From NCBI GenBank assembly GCA_951406725.2, contig OX597819.1:24614001-24678000 (forward strand): 64,000 bases of DNA. The letters run 5' to 3'. Position numbers and translations under genes: made by a program. This DNA is from Octopus vulgaris. Lineage: Eukaryota. Under the pieces are notes generated by a model. It saw only the letters and a list, made by a program, of their open reading frames with translations, ran no database searches and was not told the origin of the DNA. Below, piece after piece: positions 42,378 to 55,870 of this stretch. Within the stretch, counting starts at the first letter, position 1, and each line of letters begins with the position of its first letter.

Positions 42378-43914
42378 GCATATATATATATACGCACATT
42401 CACATACATATTCATACATACACATAAAACACATGCGCACACAAACATACACTGATTCATGTATACACATGCACATATATATACACATATATAAGAATAA
42501 AAGGTTTCTTTATATTATAACTGGAAAGAAGAAAATGTCTACTCTTTGAAGCGTAACTGGAGTTAATTATATGGTGGTGTAGTTGGGGCTGGAACATTAA
42601 TAGATGCTATTTCAGAAACAAATCCCCAAACCAAGTTTTCGGTAGCGTTATAAACATAATCATAATTTCTAAATCTAGCACAAGATCGCACATTTTAAGA
42701 GGAGTATCCTCAATTAAATAACACCAGTGTTTAGCTTAAAAGTGAGAGGCGTGTTAAAGGGACCTAGCTAAGTATTGGATTTACATTTTGGCAGAAGCCC
42801 AGCAATTTTTAATGGAGGGTAGGTCGATTACACCGATCCCAATGTTCAACTGCTACTTATTTTATCGACCTCGAAAGGATGAAAGGCAAAGTCGACCTCC
42901 GAGGAATTTGAACTCAGAAAGTAAGTGAGGATGAAATGCCGCTAAGCATTTTGACCAGTGTGCTAGCGATTCTGCCAGCTCGCTGCTTTATACATAGCTA
43001 AATATTGATTTCTTGGGCTAGCAATTTCATGGGAAGGTTAAGTCGATTGCATTAACCCTAGCGCTCAACTGGTGACCTCGGTGCTCAACTGGTGACCTCG
43101 GCGCTCAACTGGCTGACCTCGGCGGTACATAGCTAAATATTAAAGGTGCAATGTCTGTCGTTCTATCGTCTCTGTAATCCACCGCATGACGTCGCTCAAC
43201 CAGCTCTGTGAAGCACTGCAATATATAATGTCCCTCGTTCTACTGACGGTATCGATTTAGGGTAAGAAGATAGTTTGACTTCATCGAACTCTGTACTTTA
43301 TCTACCACCAAAGGATAAAAGACAAAGTCAACCTTGGCCGCATTTGAACTTAGAACATAAAGTGTCGGTAGAAAACCCTCTGGCGCACGAACTATTCTGC
43401 TACCCCGCTGCATTCCAGCGCTTGGTAATATTGGTTTCAAAATTTGGCACAAGGCCAGTAATTTCGAGGACGGGAACTAGTCTGTTCCATTGATCACAGT
43501 TGGTAATTATTGTAGACACCCCGAAAGGATGAAAAGTAAAATCAACCTAAGCCGAATTTGAACTCGGAACATAAAGACAGAACGTAAAGATGCAACGCAA
43601 AGACGGAATATAAAGACCCAGAACTTAAAGACGGAACGTAAAGATAGAAGAAACATAAAGACAGAAGAAGGAATTTTGTCCGGCATGCTAACGATTCTGA
43701 TTGTTCGCCACCTTTGCACAGGTGTAAATATAAGGAAAATGTATGATCACAAAATGATTGTGATCCAACGTTATGGTTTTATGTTCTGAAGCATACTTTT
43801 TTCTGGAAGCTAATAACATTACATTTTGTTTAGCAATGCGTACAGTAATATATAGGATCAGATATCCCGCAATATAACAATTTCGCTTCACGTTTATCTT
43901 CTCACTATTTTCAC

Positions 43915-44278
43915 GCTGGAGCACCACCTCTAATCGAGCAACTCGACCCCAGGACTTATTCTTTGTAAGCCCAGTACTTATTCTATCGGTCTCTTTTGCC
44001 GAACCGCTAAGTTACGGGGACATAAACATCGGTTGTCAAGCAATGCTAAGGGGATAAACGCAGTCACACAAACACACACGCACATATATATATATATATA
44101 TATATACATATATGCGACGGGCTTCTTTCAGTTTCCGTCTACCAAATCCACTCACAAGGCTTTGGTCGGCCCGAGGCTATAGTAGAAGACACTTGCCCAA
44201 GGTGCCACGCAGTGGGACTGAACCCGGAACCATGTGATTGGTAAAAAAGCTACTTACCACACAGCCACTCCTGCGCCT
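43915..44278 (-). mobile_element. SINE family A
   Basis: Homology to full copies; partial + copy at 44550-44672. Confidence 0.85.
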
Positions 44279-44345
44279 ATATACATATATATGTGTGCTA
44301 ATATATACATACATACATACATACATACATACATACATACATACA

Positions 44346-44376
<31 letters not shown>

Positions 44377-44799
44377 CACCTTTTCTCTCCGACAACCTTA
44401 TCTTTTCTCTATTCAATCTTTATGATAAAAGTCAGGCGTCCAAACGCCAAGAGGTTTTCCCCTTCTTTTTAAGTGTTAAACTAGAAGAACATTCCTGAAT
44501 TTGTCCCTGTCGTGTTGACTTCTTTTTGTACTTATTTCTTTCATAATCTTGCTTACCAGCCACATGGTTCCAGGTTCCATCCCACTGCTCGCACCTTGGA
44601 CAAGTGTCTTCTACTATAGCCTCGGGCCGACCAAAGCCTTGTGAGTGGATTTGGTAGACGGAAACTGAAAGAATTTCACATTATTTAAAATTTGTTGTCT
44701 GATGTTCAGAGACATGTCTTCAAAACACCGATGATGTGAAGGTGTATTTATGTATAACTATATATCCGTACATACATACATACATACGTATTCACCTAT

Positions 44800-44953
44800 G
44801 TATGCATGTATGTATGTATGTATGTATGTATGTATGTATGTATGTATGTATGCATGCATGTATGCATGCATGTATGTATGTATGTATGTATGCATGTATG
44901 TATGTATGTATGTATGTATGCATGCATGCATGCATGTATGTATGCATGCATGC

Positions 44954-44984
<31 letters not shown>

Positions 44985-45130
44985 CATGCATGTATGTATG
45001 TATGTATTTATGCATGCATGCATGCATGCATGTATATATGTATGTATGTATGCATGCATGCATGTATGTGTGTATGCATGTATGTATGTATGTATGTATG
45101 TATGTATGTATGTATTTATGCATGTACGTA
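44800..45130. repeat. mixed (TATG)/(CATG) tetranucleotide array
   Basis: Direct reading. Confidence 0.9.
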
Positions 45131-45405
45131 TGTGTATTTGTCCGTGACTCATGTTTATTTCCTTATTCATTTTTTTTACTTCTCCCTTCTGAAGAATATA
45201 CTAAGGTTGAAAGCTCAAAGATACTTATATTTTATTAACCTCCCATTTAGCGCCAGACTAATTATACCTTTATTTTTCTTGGTCTTTGTTGCCATTCAAG
45301 TCGTTCATTTTGAATCACTAACAAATCCAGACACACACAAACATACTCGAGCGTGGCATATTTATGTGATGATATCTATAGAACAAATACCTCTATAACG
45401 TTCTG

Positions 45406-45794
45406 AATGGAGGCGCAATGGCCCAGTGGTTAGAGCAGCGGACTCGCGGTCATAGGATCGCGGTTTCGATTCCCAAACCGGGCGTTGTGAGTGTTTATTG
45501 AGCGAAAACACCTAAAGCTCCACGAGGCTCCGGCAGGGGATGGTGGTGATCCCTGCTGTACTCTTTCACCACAACTTTCTCTCACTCTTACTTCCTGTTT
45601 CTGTTGTACCTGTATTTCAAAGGGCCCGCCTTGTCACTCTCTGTGTCACGCTGAATATCCCCGAGAACTACGTTAAGGGTACACGTTTCTGTGGAGTTTT
45701 CAGCCACTTACACGTTAATTTCACGAGCAGGCTGTTCCGTTAATTCCGATCAACCGGAACCCTCGTCGTCGTAACCGACGGAGTACTTCCACCC
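45406..45794 (+). mobile_element. SINE family B with 11 bp TSD
   Basis: TSD ataacgttctg at 45395-45405 and 45795-45805. Confidence 0.9.
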
Positions 45795-46453
45795 ATAACG
45801 TTCTGGATAGATTGAGTGAAACATGTTACAAATGATGAGTGAGGTAATACTTCACCCAAGTCATTCAGGTTTTTGCAAAGGCATCGCATCTATTTGTGTA
45901 ATACGGTAGTCATTTAATAGAGCAGTGCCAAAACAGAGGTACTGCCTTCGAATCGTATTGAAACTTTATAGGTTTAATGTTTCATCGCTATACTCGTTAT
46001 ATTTTCGTACCATTCGCTTTGTAAATACAAATCCGACCACTGATTCTAGGTTTGTCAACAATTCCTTTGTCAAACGTAGCGCAGTAGATTGGAAATATCT
46101 GAAGAACGAAGAGCAGAACGTTTAGATATAGTAATTATCTCTTCGATGTTCAAATACGTTTGCAGTCGACTTTACATTTCAGTATTTCTAGGTTTATACA
46201 AAACAAAGCAAAAGAGCGTACCCACTTTATTTTGGAAGCTTGCGATTTAATTATTTGTGCCCTTCGTTATATCTGTCTCTCTTTGCCGGCAAGAGAAACC
46301 GATTTAATTTATATATTAGACCATAGAGTAACACTAATTTAGCAATTGACTTCCACCCTGATGTTCCTCTGAGTAACAAATCTCAGTTATTTTCCTTTTG
46401 TTATATACTAATTTACTTAGCAACTCTATTATCACTACTTGGCCAAAGTGTAT

Positions 46454-46494
46454 CTTTACCGAAGAGGCCTAATAAGGTTGAAACATGTCAGGAG
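46454..46494 (+). ncRNA. decayed minimal hammerhead motif
   Basis: cttta-CCGAAGA-ggcct-aata-aggtt-GAAAC-at-GTC-aggag; palindromic ACATGT helix III; weak stem I. Confidence 0.55.
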
Positions 46495-46791
46495 TTCTCT
46501 CCATGCATGCCGAATAATTGAAATATTATTAATTCACTGGTTTAATATTATCATTTTCTTATCGTCGTTAAGTATTTATCACTAAATGTTTAATACTAAC
46601 TGCGTTATATATGTTAACATTAAATTAACTACCATTTGATGATTTCAAAATCTGTGTATTGTATAATAATTGAACATTAGTATTATATGATATGGAAGAG
46701 ATTTCGCTAATCATGTCTAATACAAATCAATACACACACACACAAACATACAGACGATGTCTGATATTATAAAAGCGTTAATGTGGCAGGT

Positions 46792-47183
46792 CGTGGAGGC
46801 ACAATGGCCCAGTGGTTAGAGCAGCGGACTCGCGGTCATAGGATCGCGGTTTCGATTCCCAGACCGGGCGTTGTGAGTGTTTATTGAGCGAAAACACCTA
46901 AAAAGCTCCACGAGGCTCCGGCAGGGTGTGGTGGTGATCCCTGCTGTACTCTTTCACCACAACTTTTTCTCATTCTTACTTCCTGTTTCTGTTGTACCTG
47001 TATTTCAAGGGGCCGGCCTTGTCACACTCTGTGTCACGCTGAATATCCCCGAGAACTACGTTAAGGGTACACGTGTCTGTGGAGTGCTCAGCCACTTACA
47101 CGTTAATTTCACGAGCAGGCTGTTCCGTTGATTCGGATCAACCGGAACCCTCGTCGACGTAACCGACGGAGTGCTTCCATTTC
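46792..47183 (+). mobile_element. SINE family B with 12 bp TSD
   Basis: TSD aatgtggcaggt at 46780-46791 and 47184-47195. Confidence 0.9.
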
Positions 47184-47550
47184 AATGTGGCAGGTGTATT
47201 TCATTGAGAACATGTAGTATAGTTGACATTACACCAACTCCTTAACAACAAAAATAGGCTAGAGAGAACCAAGGCTTCAAGAGTTTATTCTCATTCTTAT
47301 ACTTTGTTTAATTTGTAAATATTTATAAATCTGCGAATAACTTGAAATAGCAGCTATGTGCAAAAGTCGGGAGAAAATTACTTTTTCGCTATCGCCTTCT
47401 TAAATCAAATTAAACATTTGTACAGCATTGCTTTTAATACAGAAATAGCTACACAGAGTATAGCAAATGGAACAAATATTTAAAATTCAACAATATATCT
47501 TTATGTATATCTATTTCTTTGTTTCTTTCCTTCCTTTAATCTCTCTCTCA

Positions 47551-47581
<31 letters not shown>

Positions 47582-47638
47582 ACTAACGTATATGTTTACA
47601 TACACATACATGCGAACGCACGCACACACAGTCACAGA

Positions 47639-47679
<41 letters not shown>

Positions 47680-48043
47680 TTGAGAAAAACAACGGCTGTG
47701 TTTTGTTACAAATAAACTTTTCTAAAAAGTGGCACAGGCGAACAAATAAATTTACAGCAATAAAGCGAAAGGACAGCTGCACAAGTCAGATTCCCCACAT
47801 CAGTTTTCAACTGGGAATAATTACAATTTCGGCACCTACATAATATTCTTTACACTGTAACTTAGAATTGTATAGACATAGCCGAAACTAAAACAAAAGC
47901 AGAAAAATGAATACATGGAGTTAGTAACAGAAGAAAAAAAAAGAAATGCAACGAAATGAGTATACAAAAGATCTTTAGACGTGGAAATTACAAGAGGAAA
48001 CGAACAGAAAAATATCTGTACATGTAATCTTTTCTTCTTCCAG

Positions 48044-48242
48044 ACACCGCGAACACATCAGTTGCCCTCGCCTGTTACAGGTCCCGCGTGTCGTCATGAA
48101 CCAATCAACAACAGGAAAGGCAATATATGACCGCAACAAAGAGGTTAACCGTCTGTTTGTTGTTCCAAGGAGTTCGAAACTTCGGCAAAATCCTTCTTCT
48201 TTAGAATCCAGATCTACCACCGAGATAGGAACTTCTGTCTAA
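48044..48242 (+). CDS. possible terminal coding exon of an unidentified host gene
   Basis: Acceptor cttttcttcttccag, then 65 open codons (HREHISCPRLLQVPRVVMNQ..STTEIGTSV) to TAA; AATAAA at 48277; non-repetitive. No homology recognised. Confidence 0.25.
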
Positions 48243-48569
48243 GTGTAGACATTATATACTGATTTTATAGCCGACTAATAAATAACGTAAGTTGAGATGA
48301 TCCAAAGATGGCGTGGTCTGAAGAAATAGCATTTGAAATTTTTACCTCAAATCTAGCCCTTCTACTTTATAACGGGTAGGTAGACTTTAGGTAATGTAGT
48401 TCTTTATCGCTATACATGGAATAAATACCGACGGCTCACAAATGAAACGTTTTTCAGAAGTCTGCTAAATCATTGCTGATATATGTCTATATAACTACAA
48501 AAATCTAAGTTGGAAGATTGCTCGTGGGAAATTCGAAGCCCATTCGATCTCAGCAATACAATAAACATA

Positions 48570-48639
<70 letters not shown>

Positions 48640-48896
48640 ATCCTTCGAAACGTAGAGTAGATGAAACCATAGCGACTGAAGAAGGGGTTTTTTTCTTTGT
48701 GTTAATTGTCCTGTACTCTATTTTTTTGTTGTTTAAAAAAATGTCCAGTTCCTTTGGTTTGTGTCTATGTTTTCATTTCTCATTGTGTTCGACGTCCTTT
48801 TGGTGTCCTGTACTACTATATGCGTGTATATGTACATGTAGAGGTAGGTACGTACATATATGTTTATATATATGCATATGTTTTGTTTTATTTATT

Positions 48897-48955
<59 letters not shown>

Positions 48956-49201
48956 TTGTATGAAACAACGTGTAAGGAAATTTGGTTGTGTGTCGTTGAT
49001 TATAAATGAAGAAGTACGCAAACGGTAACTACACATAAAAGGGAAAATAATTACACCCCTTGAAATTGGCATTGAAAATCCAGCGAGGGAGAGGGAGAGA
49101 GAGAAACAGAGAGAGAAACAGAAACAGAAAGAGAGAGAAAGCTGTTGAGGGTGTATTATTGCGTATTTTTCGTTTATTTTGCCTACTTACCGTTTATGTG
49201 C

Positions 49202-49233
<32 letters not shown>

Positions 49234-49388
49234 CATGTTTGAAGATACCCGTTTAAAAATCAAGGAGAACCACATAGTGGACATATTTGTTTATTCTGAG
49301 GATGTCGCTCAGAAGACTTGTCATGTTTCTTTCAAATTCCAAAATTATCATATTGCACCGTTGGTGACGTTCTGTATCCACATATGGA

Positions 49389-49432
<44 letters not shown>

Positions 49433-49445
49433 TTTCCTGTCTAAG

Positions 49446-49530
49446 ATTTTCCTGATGAGAAATCTGCATAATGTACTCCTTATTCCTTCGGAATTAGGAA
49501 TATGCAGCCTTCGAAACATATGTCGAGAAT
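49446..49530 (+). ncRNA. type I hammerhead ribozyme with intact core and long stem II
   Basis: attttc-CTGATGA-gaa..ctgcata..tcct..c(ttcg)g..agga..tatgcag..ttc-GAAAC-atat-GTC-gagaat; about 25 nt downstream of (TA)n. Confidence 0.85.
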
Positions 49531-49733
49531 AAAGGATATTTGTTAACTAGTCGTTCAACTCCATTCTTTCATATACTTACAATTTTAGAATAAACATACA
49601 AATTTTCGCACGAAAACACGTAGTCTATGCCCTCTGGACGTAGCTTCAACCGTGTTCTTTCTGATGTGAATTTGCTACCAAGGTATCGGTTATCTTTCGA
49701 ATTATCCTTAATAAGATAATTCATTCAATTACT

Positions 49734-49774
<41 letters not shown>

Positions 49775-50105
49775 ATATATTTGATTGAACACGACGCATC
49801 TATTTCCACGTAAGTTTATCTTCACCTTTTTGATGCCACTCCCTATACTGTTTTCTGCCTCCATCCTTCTCTAATTCCCTTTTTCACCCCTTCCTCGTTC
49901 CCTGTTTTCTATCTGTCTGTCTGTCTGTCTGTCTCTCTTCCCTCTTTTTCTCTCACTCTCTTTCTCTCTTCTCTCTCTCTTCCCTCTTTTTCTCTCACTC
50001 TCTCTCTCTCTCTTGTTCCTCACACGTGACCATCGTCCATCTTTCTTTCGCTCACATCTTTCTTTTCCTGCACGGACGCTTAAACGAGCGGACGTGATCT
50101 TTCTT

Positions 50106-50154
<49 letters not shown>

Positions 50155-50577
50155 TTCTCTTTTCAAAAAAAAAAATGTTTCTTCCAGCGTTAAATATCTT
50201 CCTCTCGTTCTGTTCTAACGACCCTGCATGTTTGTTTTTGTTTGGTTTCCTTATATGTCTCCTCTGTCATTTTGTTGTTCCAGAAAGTGAGCCCACCACA
50301 GAAATCCTAAGTTTTATTTTAGAATTTATAGGAGCAACTATCTTTGAAGACTCATATTGTCGTTGGATGATCGAAATGAGGAGTAAATAGACAGACGACA
50401 ATTGATGAAGTCCCTTTCTGTGTGTTAACTTGTCCTATTATCCATTCCATTTTTTCTCGTTGTTTACGTAATTCACTCGTTGAGCCCGCGTTTGTTTACG
50501 TATGTCTTGTTATTTGCACCGTCTGTGACGTCCTATACCCATATATGCATGTATATATGTGTATACTTATATTATAC

Positions 50578-50630
<53 letters not shown>

Positions 50631-50713
50631 TATACATATATATATATACACACACACACACATATATATATATATGTATGTATACATATATATATATATA
50701 TATATATGTATGT

Positions 50714-50755
<42 letters not shown>

Positions 50756-50876
50756 ATATATATTTATATTTATATGTATGTATATATATATACATATACA
50801 TATTTATATATATATATATAAATATATATATACACATATATTTATAAGTATTTATGTATATATATATATGTCAAAT

Positions 50877-50907
<31 letters not shown>

Positions 50908-51614
50908 GTATGTGTGTGTCTATGTATGTATGTATATATATGAAATACTCGGAATTTTGGTGTAATTAAACAAATAGCTTAGCATTACATGACATTAATA
51001 TACATAACCACAATACGACAAGCTTCAATTTATTGATAACCATGTGTATCAGAACGTTGTCATATCACAGAGAATTAGATGAACGAAAACTATATGTTAT
51101 AAAACAAAATACTAAATCAGGGTGTGACTTAAAATTACACGAATATATTTAGTTACATCAGAATGAAAAGCGTTTTAACGATCCCCGTAAACATGAAATG
51201 TAATACTGAAAACCTGGATACGAAATATCATGAGAAAAGAAAGGAAAAATAAAGTAACATGAGGATTCGAAAAACCTTGAAGCTCTAAACTATCGGATAC
51301 ATAAGTTGTAAGAGGAACTCAAAGCTAAAATATAAGGTTAATTTGTTAAATGTAACAGTTGAATAAACTAGTTTTTAAGGAGGACCAAAGTCAACATTGA
51401 ACAACAAATGATGCTAACAGCAAAAATACTCCCTGGTGGCACATCTAAAATATGGTTATTGTAAAATGGTAAACAAAAACAATATACAAATATATGAAGA
51501 CGAAACTGTTTTTTCCCCCATTATTTACTGAGTCTAGAAGAAAATACAGTGCCCATGATATCTGTGAGTCTTCCTCGGTCATTGACCTTATTAGGGATCA
51601 TGTACTGTTTAAAC

Positions 51615-52318
51615 CAGTGCTTCTTAACTGGGGTCCATATAAGATATTGTTAAAATTTATGTGCTACAAATTGGTTATACAATAAACAGAATATTTTAAC
51701 AATTCTTTATGACTTTTTTAATAATATTTAATTACTAGTATTATAACACGATTTCATTCGGGTCTACTCGGGTCACATTCTAAAGATAAGGAATTTTCAA
51801 AAACAAAACGAAAATTTTATTAAAAATTAAAAGGAAAATGAGGGCAAAAAGCACTCGTTTTTTTTTTTTTTTTTCACAATGAAAAATCGTTTCCTTGTAA
51901 CCGGAATTTCGCGACAAAATGTATGTTTATTAAGCACAACAGCCTCCAGGGCATGCCGCTGGGCATTAAAAGCCAATTGCACAAAGCTAGAGGGGCTCTA
52001 GGCCCCCTTGAATCGATAAAAAATAACTTTTTTTGCCATAGCAACCACATCTTTATAGCTTGAGAATTTTAAACATCGCGGGTCTCATCCTCACCAGGCA
52101 TTTAGTATCCCTGCCAATTTTTAGCTCGATCCTAGTCTCGGTTTGGCCGCCATTAACTGTCAAAGCAAAATGTGCATACAATTTTCGTCCAAGGACTGTT
52201 TTATAGATATAGATAAGTATATATTAGGATTTTTTAAACATTGAATTGCTATGAGGGTCCACTCGAGTAAAATAAAAACCAAAGGAGTCTATAGGCAAAA
52301 AATAGTTGACACCCACTG
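51615..52318. mobile_element. hAT/Charlie-type MITE with a nested Helitron
   Basis: TIRs cagtgcttcttaact..agttgacacccactg; TSD gtttaaac/gtttaaag. Confidence 0.7.
51735..52213 (-). mobile_element. non-autonomous Helitron, family H3
   Basis: Minus strand A|TCtatatctataaaa ... weak hairpin ... CTAG|T. Confidence 0.6.
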
Positions 52319-53376
52319 GTTTAAAGTATTACAGGTCAGTACCTGCAGGAAAGATATGCAGAAGACGTTTTCTGAGAGATGGTGTTCTTGGGTGGAAGAA
52401 CTGAAGAGATGTGGTTAGTGCAAGCTCAAGGTGGGGTTGAACGCAACCAAGGAGACGAGAGGTGGAGAGACGAGTGGATTGGATTATATGAGTACAGAAG
52501 ATACGAGACCTGACTGCTCCAAGAAACAGAGACTATTAAAGTAGCAACAGAAAATATAGACAAAGGAGGCAGACTGCCTGTGGAGCCGACTGCAGTATGG
52601 TTGTGAAGCACGAAGGCCTCTATATGGTCGATCAATCTACTAGATAGAAATAGCAACCAAATTTCACGAATGAATATATTGTAGTATTAATAATGGAAGG
52701 GTTTTTTTTTTATGGCCTAAATATTAAAACATCATGTGTTGGTTTTGGATGAAATGCCTTTGACCAGATGTCTACTAAATCAGAGCTTATCAGGGGATAA
52801 ACAACAAATGAACCAGCCGACGAAGAAACTTACACATGAACGCTCAGCCTGCTAAAACTAGCAGCCCAAACTCCCTCAAACTATGTTCTACAGTCTTAGA
52901 ACGCTGACTTTGTAGAATAGTCTGGAGTGCACTACTATATGGTCCGCTACCATCTCCGGCCAACAGCCAACGACTATTTACGATCAGAAACAGCGCCGAA
53001 CATTTTTTAACTTTGAATTCCTGATTCACAATGAAGTCTGATTTTTCCACTCATTTACATATATTTTTGCATTATCTATATGCTATGTTATTTCTTTTCT
53101 ACCTCTCACTAGCATGAAGTCGGCGAGATGGCAGAGACGTTAGAGCATCGGACAAAATCCTTAGCGCCATTTCTTCCGGCGCTTTAAGATCTGATTTCAA
53201 ATCACGCCAAGGTGAACTTTGCCTTTCATCACTTTGGGTCGATAGAATAAAAATCGGACAAGTTCTGCTCAAGAGAGCGATAGAATAAGTACTAGGCTTA
53301 CAAAGAATAAGTTTTGGTGTCGATTTGTTCGACTAAAGGCGGTGCTCCAGCATGGCCGCAGAATTAAAGAATAAAA

Positions 53377-53413
<37 letters not shown>

Positions 53414-54077
53414 CACACTTGCATATATATTGCAATTTTTCTATTTAACACAACTGGATGATAATGTGGTCCCCAGAAATGTCGACATCTAACAGATTGC
53501 GTGGAAACAAAACAAAACGAAGCAAAAATGAAAGAAAATAGCAAAATAACAGTAAAAAAACATATATTCCCCAAAGTTCATTAAAACCTATTTTTGAAAA
53601 CCTTGCGTATACAGATTAGTTTATTTATAAAACTGTAATGTATAGGACTTTTAAATGTTGAACAATAAACATGGTTTGGTCACCATTTATATGAATTACA
53701 AACATTTGTTAAGTTCGCTAAACTGAGACAAAGGAGTCTTGCAGCGTGGCAGGCAACTGTATAGGTACAGTATGGTATGTATGTGTGTATATGTTTACAT
53801 ATGAATGATATCTATGAATTTGTGTGTGTTTGTGTGCAGGTCCTCATGTATGTATGTATGCATAAGTGTACGTATGTATGTATAGGGCTGGATAGATGAA
53901 TGGACAGATGTGCCTATATCTAAGCGTGCAGTTGAATGTATACTCCTGAGCATGTATTTACTTCTGATTATATCTATCTATCTGCGTGTATACGTGTATG
54001 AATACATATATATATATAAATGAATGGATGCATGTATACATACATATATACATACATACATACATACATACATACAT

Positions 54078-54115
<38 letters not shown>

Positions 54116-54118
54116 GGA

Positions 54119-54165
<47 letters not shown>

Positions 54166-54189
54166 TATCTGACAATTCGTTGGTTGTCA

Positions 54190-54235
54190 TAATAAAATTT
54201 CGGATGCTGGGCTGAAGTCATCTCATCAGTTATTA
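54190..54235 (-). ncRNA. hammerhead-like motif with vestigial helix III
   Basis: taataa-CTGATGA-gatg-(12 nt)-catc-c-GAAA-TT-ttatta; near (TA)n. Confidence 0.5.
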
Positions 54236-54445
54236 AGACAAACCGTTGAATAAAGAGAAAATACTCCAATAGACGTGGAGAAAGTAAAACGTCGTTTATA
54301 GAATCTGCATATGCACACATGTACACATATAAATACACGTACGCACGCACACACACACACATGTGTGTGTACATATATACATACTCACACACGCCTGTAC
54401 ATACAAACACACACACATATATATATATGTCTAAACATATGTAAA

Positions 54446-54676
54446 AGGCGGCGAGGGGGCAGAAACGTTAGCACGCCGGGCGAAATGCGTAGCCGTATTT
54501 CGTCTGCCGTTACGTTCTGAGTTCAAATTCCGCCGAGGTCGACTTTGCTTTTCATCCTTTCGGGGTCGATAAATTAAGTACCAGTTACGCCCTGGAGTCG
54601 ATGTTATCGACTTAATCCGTTTGTCTGTCCTTGTTTGTCCCCTCTGTGTTTAGCCCCTTGTGGGTAGTAAAGAAAT
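54446..54676 (+). mobile_element. SINE family C2
   Basis: Full head plus C2 tail; no GGTATT TSD in this copy. Confidence 0.85.
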
Positions 54677-54884
54677 ATATACATATATTCAATACACGCA
54701 TACACGCACATACACTCGTATATATACACATGCACGCATCATTATATTCATATACACATCTCTATACGCATATGCGCATACAGTCGTGGATATACATGTA
54801 TACAAATAAAAGCACATACGCAAAAACATAAACCATAGAACATTCACATTCGCCACAAAACTTGATTATGCTTATGAGTTATAT

Positions 54885-55269
54885 GTGGAAGCACTCCGTC
54901 GGTTACGACGACGAGGGTTCCGGTTGATCCGAATCAACGGAACAGCCTGCTCGTGAAATTAACGTGTAAGTGGCTGAGCACTCCACAGACACGTGTACCC
55001 TTAACGTAGTTCTCGGGGATATTCAGCGTGACACAGAGAGTGACAAGGCCGGCCCCTTGAAATACAGGTACAACAGAAACAGGAAGTAAGAGTGAGAGAA
55101 AGTTGTGGTGAAAGAGTACAGCAGGGATCACCACCATCCCCTGCCGGAGCCTCGTGGAGCTTTTAGGTGTTTTCGCTCAATAAACACTCACAACGCCCGG
55201 TCTGGGAATCGAAACCGCGATCCTATGACCGCGAGTCCGCTGCCCTAACCACTGGGCCATTGCGCCTCC
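54885..55269 (-). mobile_element. SINE family B with 11 bp TSD
   Basis: TSD atgagttatat at 54874-54884 and 55270-55280. Confidence 0.9.
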
Positions 55270-55426
55270 ATGAGTTATATATGTATATGCACAAATACAC
55301 CCTCCTGTCTGTCAAACGCATCTACACCTGCAGATATATAAACGTATATATATACATATATGTATGAAGGAAGGAGACAAGTACAACAGGTAGAGTTTTA
55401 CACTCGTATATATATAACTCTACCTG

Positions 55427-55474
<48 letters not shown>

Positions 55475-55482
55475 GAGTGTTA

Positions 55483-55870
55483 TCTATATATATAAAAGTG
55501 AGGTTGTGTGGTGTCTGTCTCCTACGATTTAGATTCCTAACTACTCCCACATTTTGCGGTGCAGTTTAACCAAAAGCGGGTCGTGATTCATATCGAGCCC
55601 TTCTGGGTAGTAGCGCGCGTCTACGCTGAGTCTACGATTTAAAAAAAATTTACCATAATTTTTCCGCATTTTTAATGCATTTTCGCTCGGTTTATATAAA
55701 GGAAGTAACTCTCTAAAAATGTATTATTAAATCTCAGAACGTAAAAAGCTACAGTAACACCCCCCTTTGTGGTTAGCCATATTGAGATGGCTATTATACT
55801 TTACATCTCTAAAAATGCTTTTATAGTTATTTCCCTAACAAACCCGAGCAACGCCGGGCGATACTGCTAG
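55483..55870 (+). mobile_element. non-autonomous Helitron, family H1
   Basis: TC...cccgagcaacgccggg...CTAG. Confidence 0.8.

Noticed and set aside
45406-45485. tRNA-Arg-like gene
   Set aside because: It is the head of a TSD-flanked SINE B with no proper acceptor stem; no true tRNA gene was seen.
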